Below, piece by piece: positions 28,631 to 39,120 of a stretch of 64,000 bases of DNA. Within the stretch, counting starts at the first letter, position 1. Each line of letters opens with the position of its first letter. The stretch covers positions 3,756-67,755 of IMG/VR virus record IMGVR_UViG_3300033149_006617; one strand, 5' to 3'. Position numbers and translations under genes: made by a program. Origin of the DNA: a virus. Below the pieces are notes generated by a model. That model did not search any database and was not told the origin of the DNA. It was given only the letters and a program-made list of their open reading frames with translations.

Positions 28631-30085
28631 ATGTATGCACAGGCAGTACAGGAACCCCCCCAACTAAGACCCCAAAGCACCACGTCCAAAGGATTCACCG
28701 CAGTGCCTTATGAATTTCCTCAGCACCTGATGACACAACTGACTCCGGTTGAACTGAAGGTATGCCTTCTGATTATTCGTGATAGCATTGGCCGCAATCG
28801 CGAATACACAAAAATCCGGCCAAAAGAAATACAAAATATATTAAATGAATACAGCATAGGCACCATATACAAAGCATTAGGAAGGCTAAAAAAATCCGGC
28901 ATCATAGAGAAGAAAGGAACAGGCTACAGACTATCACCATCAATAGTGCCTCCTGGCACAATTCCACTTCAATTCATAAAGGTCCCCGATTCATTCTTTG
29001 ATGTTCTGCACGAGTTCACTTACAGCGAGATAAGACTCCTGCTAAAAATATTCCAAATATTCGACAATGGCGAATACCGCCCGATGCCGATGCGCCGATT
29101 AGCAAAATATTGCAACACGGCTCTTGCCACGGTATGCGGGGCAATGATGCGGCTGAGGGAAAAGGGCATCATCTTTCCAGAAAATCCTGATAGATGCTCT
29201 ACAGAGCCTTTTAGATATTCTCGTCAGAATATTTATATTGCCCTCGCAACATATTGCAAATTACATCGGGAGAATACCATAATCAGGGAACTAAATAATT
29301 CAAATCAATCTGAAAACAATTTATATGAAAATAATTCAGGGTCATTTCAGTATTATGAATTTGGTACTGAGGCGAACGCACCTAGCACTCAGACGAACGC
29401 AATTTGGTACTCAGACGAACGCAATTTGGTACTGAGGCGAACGCACCTAGACGGAAATTCGGGCCAGGAAGCCCCGTCATTACTGGGCTCTTCAATATTT
29501 TGCAGTTTCCCCTTAAACAGTTCTTTTAAACAGCTTTTAAACACTAGTTCTCGCGCTTCGGAACCCTTTAGCGGATACGGCTCGCTTTCGGGTTCCTCGC
29601 GCAACTCAGCGCTTTGCGCTAACGACTTTGCTGAAGGGAAAATAAATATTGAAGGGAAGATAAATATTGAGGGAGGAATAAATATGTTGAACCCAAAGGT
29701 ATTCGTCTCAGATGAGAATAAAAAGAAAAGTGTTGTGCGCCCGCGCCAAAATAATAAAAATTCTTCTTGGCGCGAAAAGACACGTTATACTATGACCCCA
29801 GCCGACTGGCTGGATGCCTTCACTGATCTGGTGAAGGAAAAATACGGTAAGAATGTCCCACATTCCGACCGAGTGCAGGTCCCCCAGGTGAGGAGATTAT
29901 TGGCCGACCACGGCCCCGATTTGTTTGCGAAGGCGTTCAACTTCTATATTTTGAACTTCAAGGGTAAAAAATTGCGGGATAGAAGGGTCCCCATAGACGA
30001 GCAGACGAATGCTCCTTCCCTGCGGATTTTCTTGTCCGATTATTACTTCGGGCATATTTTGGAGGCCGCATGTGGTAATGATTAA
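28631..30085 (+). CDS. Replication initiator protein (lambda O-like, tandem winged helices)
   Basis: 'FTAVP...LT..ELKV.L.IIR..IG' repeated twice; internal iterons; start placed downstream of the promoter. Confidence 0.7.
   Translation: MYAQAVQEPPQLRPQSTTSKGFTAVPYEFPQHLMTQLTPVELKVCLLIIRDSIGRNREYTKIRPKEIQNILNEYSIGTIYKALGRLKKSGIIEKKGTGYRLSPSIVPPGTIPLQFIKVPDSFFDVLHEFTYSEIRLLLKIFQIFDNGEYRPMPMRRLAKYCNTALATVCGAMMRLREKGIIFPENPDRCSTEPFRYSRQNIYIALATYCKLHRENTIIRELNNSNQSENNLYENNSGSFQYYEFGTEANAPSTQTNAIWYSDERNLVLRRTHLDGNSGQEAPSLLGSSIFCSFPLNSSFKQLLNTSSRASEPFSGYGSLSGSSRNSALCANDFAEGKINIEGKINIEGGINMLNPKVFVSDENKKKSVVRPRQNNKNSSWREKTRYTMTPADWLDAFTDLVKEKYGKNVPHSDRVQVPQVRRLLADHGPDLFAKAFNFYILNFKGKKLRDRRVPIDEQTNAPSLRIFLSDYYFGHILEAACGND
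29358..29450 (+). repeat. Four 21-22 bp iterons (putative replication origin)
   Basis: AATTTGGTACT(GAGG/CAGA)CGAACGC units at 29358, 29401 and 29423 plus a variant at 29380; TTAAACA x3 follows at 29513-29543. Confidence 0.7.
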
Positions 30086-30890
30086 TGTTGTTCCGATTCG
30101 GGATGTTAAGTGTATAGACGATGCTGTCGGAAAAATTGTGTGTGGTGACTGTAGGGAGTTGTTTCCCAAGTTACCCGAAAAATCAATTGGATTGGTTATT
30201 CAGGACCCTCCTTACGGTGATGTGCTTGATGTTGATTGGGATGACAGGTCATCATTCAGGGAAGTGCAGGAGATGCTTGCGCCTAAATTGTCGGATAGAG
30301 CCAGCATCTACACATGGTGTGGTATAGGGGAAAAGAGTCAGTCGTTGATTGATTTCTTTATTATCTTGCGCGAATTTTTCCATTTCAAGGACCTAATAAC
30401 TTGGAAAAAACGGCGCGGAATAGGGATGAGAAAAGGATGGTTGTATGCAAGAGAAGAGATATTATGGCATGTCGTTGACAATAATAAGTTTGTTTGGAAC
30501 ACCAAATATCAATATAGTGATGAACCAAACCAATTTTCGGTTGGGATGTCCGGTTATAGATGCAAATCCAAATTCAAAAGAATCCCTAATGTGTGGACCG
30601 ATATACCAGAGAAGCTGGTACATGGGATAAAGCATCTCACACCAAAACCCATTGAAGCACTGTTGCGTATGATTCGGGTTCATTATTTTGAAGGCTGTAT
30701 TGTATTGGACCCGTTTGCCGGTAGCTTCAGCACGGCTGTTGCATGTGAAATGTTGGGGGTGCCTTGGATTTGTTGCGAGATTAACAGAGATTATTGTGAA
30801 GTAGGTTTAGAACGATTGGCAGATAGTAATAAGCATTTATTTACCGCAGAAGGGGGAGCAACGTGGAGCCTAAAATCCCACACGATATAG
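30078..30890 (+). CDS. DNA N4/N6 methyltransferase (beta class)
   Basis: DPPY, HLTPKP, VLDPFAGSFST. Confidence 0.9.
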   Translation: MINVVPIRDVKCIDDAVGKIVCGDCRELFPKLPEKSIGLVIQDPPYGDVLDVDWDDRSSFREVQEMLAPKLSDRASIYTWCGIGEKSQSLIDFFIILREFFHFKDLITWKKRRGIGMRKGWLYAREEILWHVVDNNKFVWNTKYQYSDEPNQFSVGMSGYRCKSKFKRIPNVWTDIPEKLVHGIKHLTPKPIEALLRMIRVHYFEGCIVLDPFAGSFSTAVACEMLGVPWICCEINRDYCEVGLERLADSNKHLFTAEGGATWSLKSHTI

Positions 30891-32164
30891 GGGCAGAACA
30901 GGCATTTATCGGTTGTTGCCTTGAGCATAGACCTGCTCTTATTGCAGGGTTGCAGAATCTTTCTCCGCGATTTTTTTACGACCCCGCGCATAAGGATATA
31001 TGGAAGGCTATCCAATCATTGGCGGCGCGTAGTGTTGATGTTAATAAGGATACCCTCGCCGCTGAATTGGAGCGCACTGGTAAATTAGCGGCAGTGGGGG
31101 GAAAGGTTAGGATCGCCCAAATACTCAAAGCGGTAATCAACCCCATTGAGTACGACGGCCTGCTGGATATAATTATTTCGCGGGGAAGAAAGAGGATGGT
31201 AGGCGAGGTCGCCCAGAAGATTATTGATAGAGTCTATGAAGGAGATTCCAACGCAGATGAAGATATTGAATTTGGAATTTCACAACTGTCATCGTTGGTA
31301 GACCCCCATGAAACCGACATTGAATTGTTCAGGGATGAAAGCGCCATCTCTTATTATATGGCGAGAAGGGAAAAGAAGTTTGGTGTCGAAACCCCCTGGG
31401 ATACGTTTAATGATGAAATCGGCCCCATCCCACCTGGTGGTATATTAGTGTTGATAGCGCCCCCTAAGGTGCGGAAAACTTTTTGGGCTATTCAATTTGG
31501 TATAACAGCAAATAATGCGGGGAAAAATGTACTCTTCATAAATCTCGAAAATCCACCCGATATGGTAGCCGCCAGAGCACATGCGCTCAAATTTGGGCTT
31601 AGATATTCCGAATTGCGTAGAGGGGATCTTGCCTCTGAGAATGACTTTACTGGTTGGTTGGACCAAATAAAAAATTGGTATGGCAAGCAATTCATAATTT
31701 CGACGCCAGACATGCGAGATGGAACCCGAAAAGCATTGCAGACCAAAATTGAGCAATACCGCCCAGACTTGCTCATAATAGATGGCCTTTATATGGCGGA
31801 ATATTTGGATAGGAGCGAATGGTCGGAATTACTTGAACGCTATAGGTTCCTGCAGGAATTGGCATTGCGATACCAAATACCTATTTTGTCTACCCACCAA
31901 CTCACTAAGGAGACATGGCAGCCAGGTACGAGACCATCTTTAGGTAACATTGCAATAGGCAGTTATATTGCGTGGTTTGTTTTCGCTATGGTTGGCGTGT
32001 ATAAAATGGTAGATGATTGGTGGGATGATGAATATGGGTTCACGGTGATGTGCTCTAGGGAAGGTAGGCCGGTAGAATGGTTTTGTGATTGGGATTTGGA
32101 TCCCCCGAAATATGTTGAGCGTAAGACGCCCCGCCCAAGGGAGGCGGGAAGCGAACTACTATAG
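30863..32164 (+). CDS. dnaB: DnaB-like replicative helicase
   Basis: PHDIGAEQAFIG N-terminal domain, APPKVRKT Walker A, FINLE, LLIIDGL, HQL. Confidence 0.85.
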   Translation: MEPKIPHDIGAEQAFIGCCLEHRPALIAGLQNLSPRFFYDPAHKDIWKAIQSLAARSVDVNKDTLAAELERTGKLAAVGGKVRIAQILKAVINPIEYDGLLDIIISRGRKRMVGEVAQKIIDRVYEGDSNADEDIEFGISQLSSLVDPHETDIELFRDESAISYYMARREKKFGVETPWDTFNDEIGPIPPGGILVLIAPPKVRKTFWAIQFGITANNAGKNVLFINLENPPDMVAARAHALKFGLRYSELRRGDLASENDFTGWLDQIKNWYGKQFIISTPDMRDGTRKALQTKIEQYRPDLLIIDGLYMAEYLDRSEWSELLERYRFLQELALRYQIPILSTHQLTKETWQPGTRPSLGNIAIGSYIAWFVFAMVGVYKMVDDWWDDEYGFTVMCSREGRPVEWFCDWDLDPPKYVERKTPRPREAGSELL

Positions 32165-33616
32165 GTGGGCAATAGGTTGAGTTTCCACGGTAAATTATAC
32201 CCATATCAAGTGGAGGATGCCACCAAGATGCTAAGGCTTGGCAGGTGCCTTAACGCATCGGAGGTAGGCACAGGGAAAACCGTTGAGTCGGCGGCTGTGT
32301 TGGATACACTCTTCTCAAAGGGATATGCAAAGCGGGCACTGATTTTGGCTCCTCAGATTGATGTGCTTTTTCAGTGGGAGAGGATATTGTCAGATATGAC
32401 GGATCTTTCGATTGCAGTGCTTGATGGTACTCCTCCTGAGCGCAAAAAAATCCTGCAATCGGAACCACCAGTCATTATTACTAACTTTGCCAAGTTGATG
32501 ACGGTTGATTGGGATCCAATAAGGTTTATAGATTGGGACGTGGTGATTGTTGATGAATGCCAACGCGGGCTGGCGGATTATAGGACGAAAACGAACCGTC
32601 GTGTGAGGGCGTTACCGGCTAGATTCAAGTATGGCCTCTCTGCGTCGCCGATTTTGAATAAGGCTGAGGATTTGTATAATATAATGTATTGGATTGACAA
32701 GAGGATATTGGGCCCGTGGCCCGATTTTGAACGCAGGTACATAATACGCGGTAGGTTCAAGGAGATTAAGGCGTACAGGAACATGCACGAGCTTCATCGG
32801 AGGGTGTCGGATTACATTATACGCCGCACATTTGATGATATTGAAGACCAGAGGCCGGAATTGACGGAGGAGGTGAGGCTGGTTGAATTGCGGCGTGACG
32901 AGATGGACATTTATAATTATTGCGCCCGCGAGTTGGCCGCACAAATCCGCACTGCGCTCAAGAAGTGCCAATCTCGCAAGGTATTATGGCGTACAGAGGG
33001 GCCTATCTTCAGGGCTTATGTGGCCGCACGGCAGGCTTGCGTGGATTGTCGGCTATTGGCGGACACCGGCAGTCAATTCAAAGTAAACGTCCCTTCGGAT
33101 ACGCTATCCCAGCCTGGGTCCAAGGCAAAATATCTGGAAAAATTGTTGGCGAGCGGGTTGACTAAGGAGGGTGATTGTGGTATACTTTGCTTTAGTCGGT
33201 TTGCGGGTGTGCTCCCTTTGTTGGCCGAAAAATTTGGAGGGCTCGAATATCATGGGCAGATGCCCAAGAAAAAGAGGACCGCCAACCTCCAAAAATTCCG
33301 CGAGGAAGGAGGAATCTTGTTCTCAAGCGATGCAGGGGAAGTAGGGCTTGATTTACCAGGGGCCCGATATGTTATTCATTTTGACCCTGCATGGCATCCG
33401 AGCGGCTCGTATCAACGTACTGGCAGGATAAGGAGGGCATCGTCTAAGTACAAGCACGTCCATGCTATACATCTTATTGCCGCCGGTACGGTCGAGGAAT
33501 ATATTATGAGGCGGAGCTTCAAAAAGGGGAAGGTCTCGGAAGGGATACTTGATGGCGGGGTTGACAGTGTTGATTTTGATAGTAGCCTTCTGAGGTTTTT
33601 GGAAAGGAGAGGATAA
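32165..33616 (+). CDS. SNF2-family helicase
   Basis: LYPYQ, EVGTGKT, VIVDECQ, LSASP, FSRF, GEVGLDL, QRTGRIRR. Confidence 0.9.
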   Translation: MGNRLSFHGKLYPYQVEDATKMLRLGRCLNASEVGTGKTVESAAVLDTLFSKGYAKRALILAPQIDVLFQWERILSDMTDLSIAVLDGTPPERKKILQSEPPVIITNFAKLMTVDWDPIRFIDWDVVIVDECQRGLADYRTKTNRRVRALPARFKYGLSASPILNKAEDLYNIMYWIDKRILGPWPDFERRYIIRGRFKEIKAYRNMHELHRRVSDYIIRRTFDDIEDQRPELTEEVRLVELRRDEMDIYNYCARELAAQIRTALKKCQSRKVLWRTEGPIFRAYVAARQACVDCRLLADTGSQFKVNVPSDTLSQPGSKAKYLEKLLASGLTKEGDCGILCFSRFAGVLPLLAEKFGGLEYHGQMPKKKRTANLQKFREEGGILFSSDAGEVGLDLPGARYVIHFDPAWHPSGSYQRTGRIRRASSKYKHVHAIHLIAAGTVEEYIMRRSFKKGKVSEGILDGGVDSVDFDSSLLRFLERRG

Positions 33617-33912
33617 TGGAGCCAGCAACTGTTTCCATGAGGGTTGTGATGACGTTTCAACCAGAGGCGTATAACAGCCTCAGCGTTGAGCTGGGTGGGA
33701 ATAATTTGCCTTTGAACCCCAGCAAGGAGCAAATAAATGAGGTCAAGAAATCGTGGGCCGCCTACTATAAGATAGCGGGGCAGGAGATCACGAAACTGGG
33801 GCGGGAGGCATTGGCCGACTGGCGTGACGTAAAGCACGAGCACGAAGTTGAACAGGCTAAGGTTCAACTAGAAACCAAAAAGGAAATTGAGGAGATGAGT
33901 CAGGATGGGTAG
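33616..33912 (+). CDS. Hypothetical protein
   Basis: Coupled ORF with SD. Confidence 0.6.
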   Translation: MEPATVSMRVVMTFQPEAYNSLSVELGGNNLPLNPSKEQINEVKKSWAAYYKIAGQEITKLGREALADWRDVKHEHEVEQAKVQLETKKEIEEMSQDG

Positions 33913-34846
33913 ATTCAAGCAAGGATTAGACCAGATAGTGGAAGATGGCGAGAAAAATTTTGCGGGTAGCCCGAGGTGGGGAGTAGTATTACAGCCCCAT
34001 CCAGGTGCTGTAGCGCGAGTTAGGCTCATGGAATTACCTTGGTCTGTCCAGGTCCACTACATGTACTTGACGGGCAAGGGTACCCATTCGAGGGCATGTT
34101 TGGCCGATGACCAAGGCACAATATGCCCTTATTGCCAGAAATTGGGTAGCCCTAAGGTGCGGGGGATAGCCAATGTGGTTGTAAAGGAAATAAAGTCAGA
34201 TAACCAATATGAGCAGTGGGATACGCCCTGTGTCAGGCTAATGGACGAGTCTGCCACATTTTGGCAGGAATTGAATGAGCAACTTATAGTGGAAGCCGAG
34301 AAGCAATTCCCTACGCTCTACGAGAAGGCAAGTGCATTAGTGAGGAAGTCTATTGCGTCAGGTAAAGATATTTCTGAGTCAACACGACAGAAATTGGCAC
34401 AGAAAGGGCTGGAGATCACAAGCAAGAACGAAGTGCGTATAAATCCATTGAGTGTTGACTTGAGGTTGCAACGTACTGCCAACAGGAGTGGGGGCAAGAA
34501 ATGGTTCCTCACTGTTATGAATGTTTCCGGCTATGATATTTCGGGCTTTGAGCCTATTCCACTTGATACCATTTTACCCGAAGAGGATGAGGCTACGGCC
34601 AAAGCCAACGCAACTATAGCCGTTGACCCGTATGCCAATCGGGGCAAGGGGCGCAAGGACGTACCTGCGAATGCACCCGATACAAGCGATATTTCTGACG
34701 TAGACGAGCTGGACATTGATGAGGCTGAAGTGGAGGAGCCTGTGCCGGAATTACCGGCTGAGGAACTACCAGACGAGGAATTGGATATAGACGAGGACAT
34801 TGATGTAGATGATGCGGATGTGGAATTGGAACTCGATGAGGAGTAG
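33905..34846 (+). CDS. Single-stranded DNA-binding protein (gp32-like)
   Basis: H...C...CPYC zinc motif, long acidic C-tail, adjacent to recA. Confidence 0.65.
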   Translation: MGRFKQGLDQIVEDGEKNFAGSPRWGVVLQPHPGAVARVRLMELPWSVQVHYMYLTGKGTHSRACLADDQGTICPYCQKLGSPKVRGIANVVVKEIKSDNQYEQWDTPCVRLMDESATFWQELNEQLIVEAEKQFPTLYEKASALVRKSIASGKDISESTRQKLAQKGLEITSKNEVRINPLSVDLRLQRTANRSGGKKWFLTVMNVSGYDISGFEPIPLDTILPEEDEATAKANATIAVDPYANRGKGRKDVPANAPDTSDISDVDELDIDEAEVEEPVPELPAEELPDEELDIDEDIDVDDADVELELDEE

Positions 34847-34848
34847 TT

Positions 34849-35919
34849 ATGATAGATGATGCTGTTGCGTTGATACAAAAGAAAATGGGCAAGGGGAGGA
34901 TTTGCAAGGCATCCGAATTGCCCCCAGAGCGAAGACTCCCCACAGGCTCTCTTTCGCTTGATTTGTTCACTGGTGGATGGGTGTTAGGGGGGTTCCATTT
35001 GTTTGTGGGTGCCCCTGGTGCGGGAAAAAGTTCCTTGGCCTATGCCGCTGCAGCTAACGCCGAGAAGTTGGGCCTCAAGTGGGCTATCGTGGATGTAGAA
35101 GGCTCACTGAGCGAGCAGAAGATGGGGTATATAGGGCTAGAGGATGGAGTTGTTTCCCGCCCAGAAAATCTGGAGGAAGCAGCCGATATAGCCAACATTC
35201 TGGTCAGAAGCGGGGAGTTTGGGGTGGTGATTTTTGATTCCATTGAAGCCCCCGCTACTATGGATGAGTTGGATATATCTAAGCCCCTGGAAGGTAAGCA
35301 ATATCCTGTTGGGGCTATGGTGACGAACAGGCTATGTAGGCTGATATGCTCAGGATTAGCACCGGCTGCAGATGGAACCCCCAACGAGACGTGTGTGATT
35401 GTTATTAATCAACTACGGGAATCCCTCTCCCCATTCAAGAAAAATCGGCCCCCGCGAGGGCTAGGCCAACTCTATCATAATACGTTCCACGTTGAGCTGA
35501 GCAGGATAGGCAAGATGGAGGTCACAGAAAAAGCGGGAGGAGAGAAAGTCAAGCGAGTTGTCGGGATCCAAACGCAATGGCATATACCAAAGAGTAAGAG
35601 GTCTGCCCCTTTTCAGAGGGGCGTTTTTGGCCTGTGGACTGATGAGACGTCTAATGGGCTATTCAAGCCATGTCAGATTGACGTTGAGGGTGAAATTTTG
35701 TTATATGGGCAGGTTTTCGGCTTTATCAAGAGACGAGGAGCGATGTTTGAGTACGGTGATATTACCCTTGGTCGCGGTGAATTCGCGGCGAAGAGTTTTC
35801 TGAGGGAGAATAAGGAAGTAAGGGATGAAATTGAGCGGAATATCAGAGAGGAAGCGGTTGTCGCTGAAGAAAGAAAGAAAAGCGGCAAAGAAGATAAAGG
35901 GCAGACTGACCCCAAGTAG
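34849..35919 (+). CDS. recA: RecA-like recombinase
   Basis: PTGSLSLD, GAPGAGKS, VIFDS, INQLRE, APF. Confidence 0.9.
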   Translation: MIDDAVALIQKKMGKGRICKASELPPERRLPTGSLSLDLFTGGWVLGGFHLFVGAPGAGKSSLAYAAAANAEKLGLKWAIVDVEGSLSEQKMGYIGLEDGVVSRPENLEEAADIANILVRSGEFGVVIFDSIEAPATMDELDISKPLEGKQYPVGAMVTNRLCRLICSGLAPAADGTPNETCVIVINQLRESLSPFKKNRPPRGLGQLYHNTFHVELSRIGKMEVTEKAGGEKVKRVVGIQTQWHIPKSKRSAPFQRGVFGLWTDETSNGLFKPCQIDVEGEILLYGQVFGFIKRRGAMFEYGDITLGRGEFAAKSFLRENKEVRDEIERNIREEAVVAEERKKSGKEDKGQTDPK

Positions 35920-36166
35920 CGGAAGCATCCCAGGGTCGGCTGGGGATTATTCCAAGGGGACGTTGCCTATTGAGCACAAGTACACTAACAGGGTGAAATG
36001 GGCACTGGAGAGGGTGGTTATAGATAAGATACGCAAGGAGGCCATCCAAGTGGGGTCTGCTTGGTGGGCCATTCATGTCCAATTCACTCATGGCATAAAG
36101 GGGGATGACGAGGTATTCATAATCCCCAGGGAAATGTTTGAGGCCATGATTGATTTAGAGGAGTGA
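35825..36166 (+). CDS. Holliday junction resolvase-like PD-(D/E)xK nuclease
   Basis: TPSSGS...GD...IEHKYT, KIRKEA. Confidence 0.7.
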   Translation: MKLSGISERKRLSLKKERKAAKKIKGRLTPSSGSIPGSAGDYSKGTLPIEHKYTNRVKWALERVVIDKIRKEAIQVGSAWWAIHVQFTHGIKGDDEVFIIPREMFEAMIDLEE

Positions 36167-36170
36167 TGGG

Positions 36171-36413
36171 GTGGACTTTTGGAGTGCGCGAAAAATCGCC
36201 GAAAGGGAACTAAGAAAAATAGGCAAGATCCCGCTGAAGGATATGTCCCATCCGTTTTGGGAATACGTAGATGTCGCCATCCAAGCGGCGCTGAAAAATT
36301 GCGGCAAGGAAGAGTTCCTCGAAAAAACCACGGTATTCTTCCTCGACCCCATGAATACTATTGATTTTGCTATCGCATATAGATTGAGAAAAAGGAGGGC
36401 AACGGATGTCTGA
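36171..36413 (+). CDS. Hypothetical protein
   Basis: Operonic ORF with SD. Confidence 0.5.
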   Translation: MDFWSARKIAERELRKIGKIPLKDMSHPFWEYVDVAIQAALKNCGKEEFLEKTTVFFLDPMNTIDFAIAYRLRKRRATDV

Positions 36414-36777
36414 GAATGTTAGATTGGCAAGGCAGGTAAGGGCTATGTGGCGGGATGTACGGCGACTTAGGGTGGAATCAGTGGTGCGGTTGGGGGCATG
36501 CGGGGAGCACTTAGACCTTATGCTTAAGTTATATGGTGTGGTTCGTGCGCTTGATGACTTAGCTGAGGCTATATATAACCTAAGTTATGCTAGCGTTGGG
36601 TGGGACTTTAGTGGGGCCGTGCTTAGTGATGAAGTGGACTCACATTCCGTGGCTGAAATTACTAACTTGCTGGACAAACTGAGCAAAGGATGGGAGGAGA
36701 AAGATGATACTGGGGCAGATGCTACAGCCCCACGTAAGAGGCCAATGCGTGGGAAACCTATCCATGTGGGTATCTAA
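36406..36777 (+). CDS. Hypothetical helical protein (paralog of 63537-63857)
   Basis: Shared 'DS..AE...LL.KL.KGW' C-terminus. Confidence 0.6.
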   Translation: MSENVRLARQVRAMWRDVRRLRVESVVRLGACGEHLDLMLKLYGVVRALDDLAEAIYNLSYASVGWDFSGAVLSDEVDSHSVAEITNLLDKLSKGWEEKDDTGADATAPRKRPMRGKPIHVGI

Positions 36778-36849
36778 ACTGAGGAGGGGTAAGGGGGATG
36801 CTATGTAGGACCTCTCCCTCCTGCCACAAAAAATGAAAAGGAGTGCATT

Positions 36850-37642
36850 GTGATATTTCCATCGGTTAGGTATGAGTCGGATGGGTTCATTTTGTGTGAG
36901 GGGGATTCGTTTGCATTGTTGCCCCAATTCCCTGCGGAATATTTTGATATGATATGTACCGACCCACCTTATTTTATTTCTAAGAAAGGGCATAGTATTC
37001 ATAGAGGGGCAGGGAAATTTACCGATGGGGGGTAACATAACGGGTGACTTCGGGGAATGGGACTATGCTGGTAACCCCGAAAATGCCACCCAACGTTGGT
37101 TGGAACTTGTTGACCATTGCTTGAAGCCTGGTGGGGCTATAGCCACCTATTATAATCGGTATCGCTTAGAGCATGTTATCAGGCCTCTTGAAGAGCGGGG
37201 ATATATTGTTCGTAATATAGTGGCTGATTGCAAAACAAATCCTGCCCCGCAGGCGAGAAAAGTAGCGTGGCAAGTAGGGTGGGAGGCCATAGTTATTGCA
37301 ACGAAAGAAGGAGGCAACCCATATCAATGGGAAGAGGGCCAGTGTAAAGATTGGTTTAGTCATCCGGTGATGTGGGGAGGTAGAAAAAAGCGCAGGCATC
37401 CTACTGAGAAGCATATAGATACCGTTTCTGCATTGATACGTTGGTGGAGTCCTAAGGGAGGACTTGTGTTGGACCCGTTTCTTGGTACTGGTACCACTGC
37501 TGTTGCTTGTAAGTTGTTGGGGAGGAATTGTGTTGGCATTGAAAGTGATAGCCATTGGTGTGATGTTGCAATTGAAAGATTTAAAGAATTAATATCTTCC
37601 CCCGCATTGCCCTATGAAACCGAGGTAATGTTATTAATATGA
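36850..37642 (+). pseudogene. DNA N4/N6 methyltransferase split by a +1 frameshift at a G6 run
   Basis: TDPPY in 36850-37035; HPTEK and VLDPFLGTGTT in 37025-37642; removing one G at 37027-37032 fuses them (TDGGNITGDFGEWD). Confidence 0.75.
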
Positions 37643-38388
37643 AAAAGAGCATAGGGGCCGCTTTGGCCGAGATGACTACCAAGCCCGTCCCAGATGTTGA
37701 TACTGCTGCCATAGCAAAATTTGTGCTTGATAAGCTGGAGGCTTATTGTAAAGCTGAGGTGCGTAAGCCCCAGGAAAAAGTGTCAGGCATACGCGCCAGC
37801 ATGGTATCGGATTGCCCCAGGAAGATAGTGTATTCTCTTATCGGGGCGGAAGAAAATCCTGTTGGAAATGCAGATGATTTCTTTAATTTTGCTATGGGCA
37901 ATAAGCACCATGATTTGGTAGAGGAAATCCTGCAGAAGATTTTTCCGTCGTGTAAGGTTGAAAAGCGTATAAGAAAGGACAACGTGACAGGGAAGTTCGA
38001 TGGCCTTATAACGCTCAAGACCAGTAAAGGTAAATTCCGTGTTGTAATTGAGATAAAAGGTTTGAAAAATGAAACGTGGACGAGATGTAAATTATATGGT
38101 GTGAAGGAGGCCACGCCTTACTATTATGACCAAGCACAACTGTATTGTCATCTCCATTCCGCCGATTTTGTAGTATTCCTGATTTTCAATAAAGGTGATT
38201 CCTGGAAGCGGTATGCTGAATGCGTTGCCAGGGATGACACCCACATTAAAAAACTCCTCACAAGAATAGCAAAAATTAAAGCCCATGTTGCTAATGGCAC
38301 ACTACCAAAAAGGGAATGTGTGAAGAGTACCGATTACAGGGCAAGGCGTTGCCCATATAGAAAGGTATGCTTTGGGCTTCGGAAGTGA
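37639..38388 (+). CDS. Cas4-like PD-(D/E)xK exonuclease
   Basis: CPRK, G...H, GKFDG, IEIK, QAQLY, C..CPY..VC. Confidence 0.8.
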   Translation: MKKSIGAALAEMTTKPVPDVDTAAIAKFVLDKLEAYCKAEVRKPQEKVSGIRASMVSDCPRKIVYSLIGAEENPVGNADDFFNFAMGNKHHDLVEEILQKIFPSCKVEKRIRKDNVTGKFDGLITLKTSKGKFRVVIEIKGLKNETWTRCKLYGVKEATPYYYDQAQLYCHLHSADFVVFLIFNKGDSWKRYAECVARDDTHIKKLLTRIAKIKAHVANGTLPKRECVKSTDYRARRCPYRKVCFGLRK

Positions 38389-38396
38389 GGTAGAGA

Positions 38397-38834
38397 TTGA
38401 TGTCGGCTAAGAAGTCTGTTCCTACCATCCCTATTGTAGGGGAAGATAAAGAGATACTTGACCTCTTTCATAGCGTGTGCAGGGAGCCGTGGAAAGTGCC
38501 CGATTTACCACTCCCGCTATTGCGGCAGGTTCATGCGTTTGTGGGTGCGTGGGCGTCTTATCTTATGGTGCGTGTGGGGGATATAGAGGCTCGCGTAAAA
38601 ACATTGGAGGCCGATCTGGAAATAAATGAGGCTATGGCATATACTGAATCGGGCAAGAGTGGCATGGAGGCAAGGAAATACGCTACTGCCGCTGTAGCAT
38701 CTATCAAGCGGGAATTGGCAGAGGCCCAGGCGGAATTGGCACGGTTCAGAGGAAGGCTCGGTGCGTTCCAGGGATGGGAAAGCAGGTTGAGCAGAGAAGG
38801 GAGTCTACGAAAAATCGAGCCAGGAGGAAGCTAG
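38397..38834 (+). CDS. Coiled-coil protein, possibly a UvsY-like recombination mediator
   Basis: Helical; ends 'RLSREGSLR'; recombination context. Confidence 0.35.
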   Translation: MMSAKKSVPTIPIVGEDKEILDLFHSVCREPWKVPDLPLPLLRQVHAFVGAWASYLMVRVGDIEARVKTLEADLEINEAMAYTESGKSGMEARKYATAAVASIKRELAEAQAELARFRGRLGAFQGWESRLSREGSLRKIEPGGS

Positions 38835-38835
38835 T

Positions 38836-39120
38836 GTGATTGACGATGCCGATTTGATCTCCGTATTCGATACGTTGGTGCGCAATAAAGGGACGTGTTC
38901 CCCTGCACACGCCAACGAAGTGATTAATAAATTGCTGAAAGGGCAGGATATAATAGACGTAGAGAATTTTCTTTTGAGATATGCATTTGTAATGAAATTA
39001 CCAACAGATATAATACAGATGATGATGAGTTTTTGCCATCTGGCTTACCTTGCCGGATTTATCGCCGGAAGAGAATCCTTTATGCTAGGCGAAATTGATG
39101 AATTATCGTCAGATAATTGA
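38836..39120 (+). CDS. Hypothetical protein
   Basis: Operonic ORF. Confidence 0.5.
   Translation: MIDDADLISVFDTLVRNKGTCSPAHANEVINKLLKGQDIIDVENFLLRYAFVMKLPTDIIQMMMSFCHLAYLAGFIAGRESFMLGEIDELSSDN

Noticed and set aside
29358-29450. Possible CRISPR repeats
   Set aside because: The repeats are contiguous without spacers and lie within an initiator ORF; iterons fit better
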